Of a stretch of DNA of 64,000 bases, positions 56,647-64,000 are shown one piece after another (positions within the stretch are counted from its first letter, which is position 1; each line of letters opens with the position of its first letter). The position numbers were made by a program, and so were the translations under genes. Source of the DNA: Bacteroidales bacterium (GTDB lineage: Bacteria; Bacteroidota; Bacteroidia; Bacteroidales; CAIWKO01); NCBI GenBank assembly GCA_963678485.1, contig OY782882.1, forward strand, positions 1,754,922 through 1,818,921, written 5' to 3'. The notes beneath the pieces were generated by a model. That model made no database searches. It had not been told where the DNA came from and worked only from the letters and a program-made list of their open reading frames with translations.

Positions 56647-58173
56647 TTAGTGAATTTTATATCGTCTGGTCATAAAATTCGTTTCAGCATTTTTTAATTC
56701 CTCTCTGAGCTCCCCCCTTAGTATCCAAAGCAATATCCTTGCATCAAGGTTCCACCCGTATACACCGATTTTGAACCGCAACCAAACCCAGGGATAGGCC
56801 GTCAGATTACAAAGTTTGAGCAACCAATGCTTTTGAGCAGCACCATGTTTGTGATAAGCCGGATCGATAAATCGAAAATAGATCAAAGAGTAGTATTCCA
56901 ATATCCGGTAATGACGGTCGGTGTGCCATGGGAGGCGGTGACTTCCGGCAAAAAAATCAAGATAATCGCTAATCTTTTCAGGTGGAGTCATGCCCTGTTC
57001 CTTAGCTAAAAAATAAAATTTATTTTTTCTCGAAGGATAGTAAAGATTGATGGTGTACTTGATGGTAGGATCAATCAGCTTGATTTTACTGATTAATTTC
57101 ATCGTCTGTTTTAATTCCTGATCGGTTTTTCCAGGATACAGCGACATAAAACTGAGTGATACCCGAATGTCCGCTTTTTGAAGACGACGCACGAATGTGA
57201 GTGTTTGCGCAGGCTTCAGGTTTTTATTCAGCATATCTAAAGTCTCCTGATCGCCTGATTCTGCACCTGCATATATCGTTTCACAACCGGCCTCTTGTAA
57301 AATTCTCAAATCTTCATCAGAATAATTATCAAGTAAACCCGCGATATTGGTGGTCCCGCACCAGCGTAATTTCTTAGGGTATTCGAGAAAGAACGCAGCC
57401 AGTTCCATTGTAAATTCGCGGTCTGCAAAGAGATTGCTGTCATCAAAAGAAATGTGACGAATTTCAGGATCTTTCGCAAGCAAATACTGAAGTCCGGCGA
57501 TTACATCTTTAATGTTTCCTGACTCCCAATAGGATTTCCAATAACTTGAAAGAAAGCAAAAGCTGCAATTACATGGACAACCCTGGCTGGCAATAAAATG
57601 CACTGCATGTTCCGTTGAAACGTAGTCATGAACATTGATATACTCCCAGTTAATTGCAGGCAGACTTTTAACGGAATACGGTCGAAGTTCCCCGTTATTT
57701 ATTATTTCTCCCTGATGACGGAACAATAGATTTGGCAAGGCTTTCAACTGCTCCAATGAAGGTTTACTGTTATCTAATAGCAGTTTCACCAATGCCCCAA
57801 AAGGAATTTCTCCCTGGCCTGTTATAACATAATCAATCGCGGGATCGTTCAGCAATACCGTGGGATTCCAGTTAGCAAACCATCCTCCCCATAAAACCGG
57901 CACATCCCGTTCTTTTTTTACAAATTTGCTGAATGCTAATCCTTCTCCTACTTGATTACCTAGTATTGCAGAGACCGCGCACATTAAAATATTGCCCTTT
58001 AATTCCGAAATTCTTTTCTGATAATTAGTTTCAATTTGCCCATCAATGATGACCACTTCCACCTCCAAATTCCGCACTGCACGCTCAAGATAGAGGAGTC
58101 CGTATGGGATAGCCCGATACTCTCCACGTGGATCGGGGTTAAAGAGGATTATATAATTCCTTGAGGCGTTCAT
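56647..58173 (-). CDS. B12-binding domain radical SAM enzyme (B6)
   Basis: 508 aa. YIILFNPDP...VLWGGWFA...ITGQGE, then SQGCPCNCSFC, with an amphipathic Trp-rich tail. Confidence 0.8.
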   Translation of the reverse strand: MNASRNYIILFNPDPRGEYRAIPYGLLYLERAVRNLEVEVVIIDGQIETNYQKRISELKGNILMCAVSAILGNQVGEGLAFSKFVKKERDVPVLWGGWFANWNPTVLLNDPAIDYVITGQGEIPFGALVKLLLDNSKPSLEQLKALPNLLFRHQGEIINNGELRPYSVKSLPAINWEYINVHDYVSTEHAVHFIASQGCPCNCSFCFLSSYWKSYWESGNIKDVIAGLQYLLAKDPEIRHISFDDSNLFADREFTMELAAFFLEYPKKLRWCGTTNIAGLLDNYSDEDLRILQEAGCETIYAGAESGDQETLDMLNKNLKPAQTLTFVRRLQKADIRVSLSFMSLYPGKTDQELKQTMKLISKIKLIDPTIKYTINLYYPSRKNKFYFLAKEQGMTPPEKISDYLDFFAGSHRLPWHTDRHYRILEYYSLIYFRFIDPAYHKHGAAQKHWLLKLCNLTAYPWVWLRFKIGVYGWNLDARILLWILRGELREELKNAETNFMTRRYKIH

Positions 58174-59948
58174 AGAGGGAAATAAAGTTGTTCACTCACA
58201 CCAGCGTATTCGCACCAGTTTTCGAAATCAATCAAACGTATCAACTGCGGATGTTCTGTAGTACCCTGTCGTTCCAGTCGCTTTATACGTCTGTAATTGT
58301 ACAGATGCCTTTTCCCTTCAAAATTCTGTGCAAAAATCATTTTTAACGCGGCAGCATATTTAGGTCCTCTGCTTTGAAAGGGGCTCTTTGGTGCATCAAA
58401 ATATTTTAAACTCGCACCCTCATGATTTGCATAATTGGAATTTGTTGCAATGCTTTTAAATTCGAAAGGCATGCGATCAACCACTGTGTTATACAGGCGT
58501 CCATGGCCCAATCCAAGCATATCTGGCGACAGCTGAAAAAATAAATTAATTAATCGCTCATCCGTAAATGGGACACAAAAATGTTTATGAATGAGTTGTG
58601 GCTGAAAGTGAAACAGTCCTCGAGTCCCCTTCCAAAAATCAGTGAAAAAAGAACGGGTGAGTAATGATATACTTAAGTCCAATGCGGCATTTGCTCTGTT
58701 ACTTTTAAACAATTCCTCTCGAATAGCTTCTTCAATAGGAAGTTGGCGTTTGCTAAAAGATGCGGCACACATTGAAGAATCTTGTTTACTAAAGGAATAC
58801 CACGGTCGACCGGCCTTTTCATCATATGAATAGATGGGCTTCTGCGTAAATCTATTCAGTAAGTTACGCAATAATGTGGGAACCAAATAATAAAATTCCG
58901 CCTTAAATATCTCACTCCCGAAGTGCCCACTAAAAATCATTTCTGGTTGGTCCTTACGCATCAATTCGAAAAATGAGGGGGCGAAATCATCCTTCCAATA
59001 AGGAAAATCGCGTGTTTCGAGTTTAAGGTCAAACGCGGTGGCTATTTGCTGTGAAATCAAAAATTCACTGTCAGTTGTTCGGTCCAGCGGCGGAGTAAGC
59101 ATAGTAAGAAATCGCTGCGATTGCCGCTCTTCCTGAGAAAGATTAGCCAAAATCAGGCGCGTATCCATACCGCCTGACAAAGTAAAAATTGTGCTTGCGC
59201 TTTTCAGCGAATCGATTCTGCTCGTTAATCCAGCTTGAAAATCCTGAACAAATTCCCGTGCAAAGGCCTCAACGTTCGTTTGTGCATCTTTATAAAAAGG
59301 GACAACAGTATTATATAGCTGTGGAATCAAATCAGGACCTGCATGCATCATGGATCCTGCAGGAAACTGATGGACTTTAGAAAAAAATGTTTTGTTACCG
59401 AGTACCATTCCCCCTTCGAGATATTCGTACACCGCCTGCGGATCGAGCTTTAGCTTTGCAGGATTCGCCTGAATTATCGGTTCATATTCATTACAGAAAA
59501 ATAAATATTCGTCGGTCTCGTGATAATAAAGAGGAAATGAACCATTCGGATCATTGATTAAAAACAATTGCCTGATTGATTTATCAAAAATCACAATTGT
59601 GTATGCACCCAGCAGTGTTCGTAATTGTGTCGTTCCTGTTAGTAGGTACTCCGTAGCGACGTAATTGCAGGCAATATCACAATCATTATTGGGCAAAACA
59701 TTTTTTTTGATGGCATCAAATCGCTGCTCGAAGTCCATAAAATACCCTGCAATGGCGACAATCAGCGTTTCTGTTTCAAGACAATTTGCTTTGTGCCTCC
59801 ATTTTGGAGCTGCCGCTAATTGAATGAAATCCGCTGCTACCGCTTTGTACGGGCGCTGTCCGTTAAAACCAAATGAAGTAAAGTAACGCTCAAAGTCGGC
59901 GGAATGCAAGGGCGATCCTTTAGATACAACGGCGGCTAGCAGCGACAT
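58170..59948 (-). CDS. asparagine synthetase-like adenylating enzyme lacking the N-terminal catalytic Cys
   Basis: 592 aa. It starts MSLLAAVV, with no Cys2. The Ntn-like fold is retained (FLINDPNGSFPLYYHETDEYLFFCNEYEPI), as is the PP-loop FTLSGGMDTRL. It overlaps B6 by 4 nt. Confidence 0.7.
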   Translation of the reverse strand: MSLLAAVVSKGSPLHSADFERYFTSFGFNGQRPYKAVAADFIQLAAAPKWRHKANCLETETLIVAIAGYFMDFEQRFDAIKKNVLPNNDCDIACNYVATEYLLTGTTQLRTLLGAYTIVIFDKSIRQLFLINDPNGSFPLYYHETDEYLFFCNEYEPIIQANPAKLKLDPQAVYEYLEGGMVLGNKTFFSKVHQFPAGSMMHAGPDLIPQLYNTVVPFYKDAQTNVEAFAREFVQDFQAGLTSRIDSLKSASTIFTLSGGMDTRLILANLSQEERQSQRFLTMLTPPLDRTTDSEFLISQQIATAFDLKLETRDFPYWKDDFAPSFFELMRKDQPEMIFSGHFGSEIFKAEFYYLVPTLLRNLLNRFTQKPIYSYDEKAGRPWYSFSKQDSSMCAASFSKRQLPIEEAIREELFKSNRANAALDLSISLLTRSFFTDFWKGTRGLFHFQPQLIHKHFCVPFTDERLINLFFQLSPDMLGLGHGRLYNTVVDRMPFEFKSIATNSNYANHEGASLKYFDAPKSPFQSRGPKYAAALKMIFAQNFEGKRHLYNYRRIKRLERQGTTEHPQLIRLIDFENWCEYAGVSEQLYFPL

Positions 59949-61148
59949 TTATGATTCCTCCCTGTTTAATTTCAGCAGGTCGATGTAAATGGACGCGGGG
60001 ATCAGACTGCATTGATCCTCCTTCTGGGTGTCGGCTACCTGAAACGAAATCACATTCGGAATACCGATTTTTTTATCTACTGAGGCGGAAGTAACATATG
60101 CATCCAGACTATAAAAACCCGGGCTAAGCAGCTTTGCAGGAATGGTAAATTTGAGCATATACTTGCCCTTTGTAGTTGCTCTACAATCGGTGTTCAGCAT
60201 TGTGCTTGTGCTGAGCACTGCTACTTTCCAAGAGTTTTGGAGATTAATGGTCCAATCAAGAATGTCCTCCGTTTTGCTGTTGAAGCGGATTTCGATTTCG
60301 ATTGTTCGATTCCGCTGGATTTCTCTGAGTGGTGTGATTAAGGCAATATCATCAATCGCAATAAAATCGTTATCGATTTTTTTAAAGGCTTCTATTTGAT
60401 TTGAGCGGGTCTCAGAAGACTGTGCACCATTCACAATTTCGTTTAGTTTTTGAATGGTTTCAACAGGTGCCCCTGCATGGACAAGCGTCCCATGATGCAA
60501 TAATATCATCTGATCGCAGAATCGTGAAATTTCGGTGGGTGTATGCGAAACAATGATTACTGTTTTGCCCTTTTCCTTTAAGGATTTAATATAGTTTAAT
60601 ACATTATTTCTGAATGCAATGTCGCCAACAGAAAGCACTTCATCAAAAAGAAAAATATCGGCATCCATTGCAATTAATACAGAAAAGGCCAGGCGCAGGT
60701 ACATTCCGCTGGAATAAAACTTTACAGGTTGGTCGATATACTCTCCGATACCGCTAAAATCAACTATTTCAGGCATCTTTTCGAGCATACGCTTACGCGA
60801 TAATCCCATAAGATTTCCGTACATCAACACATTATCGCGTCCTGTATTTTCGGGAATAAAACCAATTCCAACTTCAAGGATTGATAACACTTTTCCATTG
60901 ACATTAATACTTCCGTCGGAGGGCGGAGTAATCTGTGCAATCAGCTTAAGCAATGTACTTTTGCCTGCGCCATTCATCCCGATTAGTCCAGTGATACTTC
61001 CTGCAGAAAAATTATAACTAAAATCCTTAAGTGCATATTTTTCATGTGCAGCCTCACGATCGCCTGCGACGCTGGTGAGCGGATAAACCTTTGATATCTT
61101 TTGAATTATTATCGCATTCTGCATCATGGTCTCAAATATAGTCAGCAA
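59949..61148 (-). CDS. ABC transporter ATP-binding protein, Wzt/TagH type with C-terminal extra domain
   Basis: 399 aa. Walker A GMNGAGKST, signature YSSGMYLRLAF, Walker B IFLFDEVLSVGD, and a C-terminal extension of about 150 aa. An alternative start lies at 61127. Confidence 0.8.
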   Translation of the reverse strand: MLTIFETMMQNAIIIQKISKVYPLTSVAGDREAAHEKYALKDFSYNFSAGSITGLIGMNGAGKSTLLKLIAQITPPSDGSINVNGKVLSILEVGIGFIPENTGRDNVLMYGNLMGLSRKRMLEKMPEIVDFSGIGEYIDQPVKFYSSGMYLRLAFSVLIAMDADIFLFDEVLSVGDIAFRNNVLNYIKSLKEKGKTVIIVSHTPTEISRFCDQMILLHHGTLVHAGAPVETIQKLNEIVNGAQSSETRSNQIEAFKKIDNDFIAIDDIALITPLREIQRNRTIEIEIRFNSKTEDILDWTINLQNSWKVAVLSTSTMLNTDCRATTKGKYMLKFTIPAKLLSPGFYSLDAYVTSASVDKKIGIPNVISFQVADTQKEDQCSLIPASIYIDLLKLNREES

Positions 61149-61947
61149 TCATTCGCTCTTTCCTGATAAAGAAGCTTACCGAAACAACAAGCAATATCAA
61201 TGGAAGTATTAAAATCAATAAAATATATAGAGAAGGTATTTCACTGCCAAATATGCTCCATCGAAAAAACTCTGTAATACAACTCAATGGATTTAAAAAG
61301 ATCATCCATGTATAGGGTTCAGGAATTAGTGATACCGGGTAAAAGATTGGAGTGAGCCAGCTTCCAAAACCTATAATGCCCGGAAGTATGTGTAAGAGTT
61401 TGCGGTTCTTTACCGATTTGTAACTAAAATACAAACCCAATGAGAAACTAAAAATTACGGTCATGATCATAAACAGCGGGAACATTGCAATCCATCCGCT
61501 AATCGGGGTTTCCATGATTAAACATGCGAGGATGAGTAACAAATACGAAACAACAGCGACCAGTAATGAATTTGCCAAGGCACTGACCGGAATGATGATA
61601 CGGGGAAAATAAAGTTTAGTGATGACTGATCCGTATTTATTCAGGGATGACATCACATCCATAAAAGACATTGCAAATAAATTCCAAATAATCATTCCGC
61701 TAAACGCATAGAGCGGATATTTAACGCCTGGTGTTTGGATTTTAATAAGCAATCCGAAAAAAACAGAGAAAAAAACCAGTGTGATCAATGGTTGCAGAAA
61801 AGAAGTTAAAAAACCATATATATTGCCTGAATAAATTTCACGAAGATTACGTTTTGCAAAGGATCCCAGCAAATAGGATTGCTTTCTTACCAGCCTTATG
61901 TAGTTGGAAAAAGTTACCGGACGGTTAGTAATAAGCGTGCCTTCCAT
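61132..61947 (-). CDS. ABC-2 type transporter permease (Wzm/TagG-like)
   Basis: 271 aa with six predicted TM helices. It lies immediately upstream of, and is coupled to, the ATPase gene. Confidence 0.75.
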   Translation of the reverse strand: MEGTLITNRPVTFSNYIRLVRKQSYLLGSFAKRNLREIYSGNIYGFLTSFLQPLITLVFFSVFFGLLIKIQTPGVKYPLYAFSGMIIWNLFAMSFMDVMSSLNKYGSVITKLYFPRIIIPVSALANSLLVAVVSYLLLILACLIMETPISGWIAMFPLFMIMTVIFSFSLGLYFSYKSVKNRKLLHILPGIIGFGSWLTPIFYPVSLIPEPYTWMIFLNPLSCITEFFRWSIFGSEIPSLYILLILILPLILLVVSVSFFIRKERMIADYI

Positions 61948-62385
61948 GTCAACAGCCTGAATTGTTTAGAAACTCAAAAGTACAAAAGAAATCGCTTTGA
62001 ATGGCATTTTTCGTATTTCATAATGCAGTTCACATCTGGCAAGGACTCCGTAGATTAGCAGCAGTGAAGTTCGAGGCAACTCGGTTGCTCGCCGCGAAAC
62101 CTTATGATAAAGCATTTCGCTATATCTTTAGCGGAGGAAAATCCAGTCTCACGAATCACGGGTATGAACCCAGGGGCAAGTTGAGTTCTCGAAATCCCGC
62201 TCTGCGAGGCCCCGGATCCAACATTCCGTCCAAGAAGGGCGGGGAATTATACCCTCCGCTGTTGGCGGGATTGTTCGCCTAAGGCTTTTAATTCGCCTTC
62301 GGCTTTTAAAAACCAAGGCTCACGAATAAATTACTTATTTTTACATTAGAATTAAAGGGAATCGCTGCCCTTTAAGTCCTGACCA

Positions 62386-63702
62386 ATGGTAAGCAAAAAC
62401 ACAGATATTTCTATTCGTGAACTTCTTAAGGAGTATAACGCTGCGACTTCCTCGCATCGAAAAGTGTTTTGTGCCGCACCATGGAATTCCCTTAGAATAG
62501 GGATGGATGGCAGTGTGTATGCCTGTAATCACAATTCTCATTATATACTGGGCCATTATCCTGACCAATCGTTAATGGATATCTGGAAAGGCAAATCTAT
62601 AAAGGCCCTCAGGAAGCATCTCAAGCATCATGACTTTTCGCTGGGTTGCGGATTATGCGGTGATGACATTCTTCAGCATCGTTTTGCTCAGGGCAGCTTT
62701 GTGATGTTTGATCGTTTTCCTGTAAAGAAAATGCCGTCGATGCTGGACTTCCGGCTTTCGAATGCATGCAATTTAAAGTGCATTATGTGTTCCGGCCTTT
62801 CATCAACCGCGCATCAATCTAACTCGAAAACGACTGTTGATTTTGGTGCAGATTTTCTGAAACAGCTTGATGCCTTCATTCCGCATTTGCATACGGCCCG
62901 ATTTATTGGTGGTGAACCACTTGCTATTCCTGTGTATTACGATATCTGGGAGCGTATCATAGACCAAAACCCACAGTGCAATATCGTTATACAAACCAAC
63001 GGAACAATCGTTAACGAACGCGTACAACGACTTGCGGCCACGGGCAATGTACATTTTTCGATTTCACTGGACTCTTTACAGCAAGATGTTTATGAGCAAA
63101 TCCGCATAGGTGCCCGCTTTGAAGAGGTCATGAAAAACATCGGTTACTTTTCTGAAAATGCCGTGGCTCGAAATAGAGATCTGGTATTATGTTTTTGCCC
63201 GATGCGCAACAACTATCAGGAAATTCCTCAATTTATTCGCTTTGCAAATCAACACAAGGCTTTGATTTGTCTGAATCGCTTTCTATATCCTGCAAAGCTG
63301 GCTCTATGGTCACTATCGTCTGATGAAATAACTACCATACAACGCTCACTTCATTCAACAGCGGAAGTTGCCAACACCCAACATCAGGAACAGAATCAAC
63401 AATTTTACAATGATTTTCTTTCCTTGCTCGGCGAATGGCAAAAGGAGGCCATCATCAGGGAACAACATATTCCATCGGAGGAGGAGAAGCAATCCTTGTT
63501 TTCAACCTTCAGAAAAGCTGCGGAGCTTGATGACTCGCATAAAGAAAAGATAGATAAGATTCTTTGCATCCCCGATCAAAAGAAATTATACTTCTATTTG
63601 AAACCCTTGTTACATGCGTATTCCCTGAAACTCTTTTTTGATTTTCTGGATACAGCTGATACTGAAAAAATTATCGACGATATTGCGACGCTCAGCATAT
63701 AA
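62386..63702 (+). CDS. radical SAM enzyme with N-terminal SPASM/twitch-like Cys module (A10)
   Basis: 438 aa. CAAPWNSLRIGMDGSVYAC...DIW...GCGLC, then CNLKCIMC and GGEPLAI, with a helical tail. Confidence 0.85.
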   Translation: MVSKNTDISIRELLKEYNAATSSHRKVFCAAPWNSLRIGMDGSVYACNHNSHYILGHYPDQSLMDIWKGKSIKALRKHLKHHDFSLGCGLCGDDILQHRFAQGSFVMFDRFPVKKMPSMLDFRLSNACNLKCIMCSGLSSTAHQSNSKTTVDFGADFLKQLDAFIPHLHTARFIGGEPLAIPVYYDIWERIIDQNPQCNIVIQTNGTIVNERVQRLAATGNVHFSISLDSLQQDVYEQIRIGARFEEVMKNIGYFSENAVARNRDLVLCFCPMRNNYQEIPQFIRFANQHKALICLNRFLYPAKLALWSLSSDEITTIQRSLHSTAEVANTQHQEQNQQFYNDFLSLLGEWQKEAIIREQHIPSEEEKQSLFSTFRKAAELDDSHKEKIDKILCIPDQKKLYFYLKPLLHAYSLKLFFDFLDTADTEKIIDDIATLSI

Positions 63703-63720
63703 TGATTGAAATACTGCCTC

Positions 63721-64000
63721 ATGAATAAGCCCGTTTTCAGGATGTTTTCTAAGGTACGTCAGCACCAGCTTCCTTGCCTTGCACCGATGAACAACCTTGT
63801 GTTGGATTCATTTGGCAAAGTGAAGATGTGCTGTAATCAGGCAGATGTTCCCTTAGGCATATATCCTGAACAATCATTACGAGATATCTGGTTTGGATCG
63901 GCTCGAAAAAATATTATTGAAGAATTTACCAAAGGTCGCATACCCTCGATTTGCTCTTCCTGCCTGAGTAATGTAAGTTTTAATCTTTCGCCGACCGCCA
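63721..64000 (+). CDS. radical SAM enzyme with N-terminal SPASM/twitch-like Cys module (A11), 5' part only
   Basis: By hand translation from the ATG at 63721: MNKPVFRMFSKVRQHQLPCLAPMNNLVLDSFGKVKMCCNQADVPLGIYPEQSLRDIWFGS...ICSSC. It is open to the window end. Only the N-terminal module is visible. Confidence 0.7.
   Translation, partial: MNKPVFRMFSKVRQHQLPCLAPMNNLVLDSFGKVKMCCNQADVPLGIYPEQSLRDIWFGSARKNIIEEFTKGRIPSICSSCLSNVSFNLSPTA

Noticed and set aside
33707-58173. A ladderane or anammox-type, or archaeal-type tetraether, lipid pathway. The idea came from the combination of a mini-FAS, many rSAM and B12-rSAM genes and UbiA.
   Set aside because: This is only an analogy of gene categories. The host signals are Bacteroidota. 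No glycerol-phosphate backbone or ether-lipid genes were recognised. The glycan genes and the Wzm/Wzt exporter point elsewhere. I mention it only as a comparison.
62001-62282. The 93-aa ORF, and alternatively a cobalamin, SAM or FMN riboswitch or RNase P RNA. The latter ideas came from GGAGGAAAATCC resembling the RNase P P4 strand and GGGCGGGGAATT resembling an RFN start.
   Set aside because: The ORF product is Gly/Pro/Arg/Ser-rich with no fold-like pattern. None of the other conserved blocks of those RNAs could be found (the B12 box, GCCACTG, ACAGAACCCGGCTTA, AGATGAAT and the rest of the RFN element). The long-range pairings are at chance level for a 300-nt GC-rich segment.

Overview
The window looks like a Bacteroidota chromosome. 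One protein has a T9SS C-terminal sorting domain, and TAnnTTTG -7 boxes recur 14-30 nt upstream of start codons. Positions 1-14.4 kb are ordinary: a ferritin gene, two tandem Wzi/RemB-like outer-membrane proteins, lnt, an NAD-dependent epimerase, a four-gene surface-protein module, tyrS, a 124-bp tandem repeat and a GxxExxY gene. From 14.8 kb to the window end, and evidently beyond it, lies one very unusual accessory super-locus of about 49 kb. It has 40 ORFs, of which 4 are selfish elements: an ISAs1 transposase, a RAYT-like Y1 transposase and a HigBA-like toxin-antitoxin pair. Of the remaining 36 ORFs, 18 are radical SAM (rSAM) enzymes with intact CxxxCxxC motifs. Eleven are paralogs whose SPASM/twitch-like Cys module sits N-terminal to the rSAM core; nine of these lie in one tandem array at 15.7-29.7 kb and two more at 62.4-64 kb. 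Six are B12-binding-domain rSAMs and one is a canonical C-terminal SPASM enzyme. They are interleaved with these genes: a private ACP, ketosynthase, FabZ-like dehydratase and PPTase set; two asparagine-synthetase homologs (one lacks the glutaminase Cys); a secreted transglutaminase-like protein; GT2, GT32-like and GT-C glycosyltransferases; a UbiA-family prenyltransferase; a DegT aminotransferase with a NeuD/PglD acetyltransferase; a membrane-anchored SGNH hydrolase; and a Wzm/Wzt-type ABC-2 exporter with a C-terminal extension. My reading, which is inference only, is an undescribed pathway for a heavily radical-tailored, lipid-linked glycan or glycolipid. No RiPP precursor gene was seen. All calls come from by-eye motif recognition; no database search or alignment statistics were possible.
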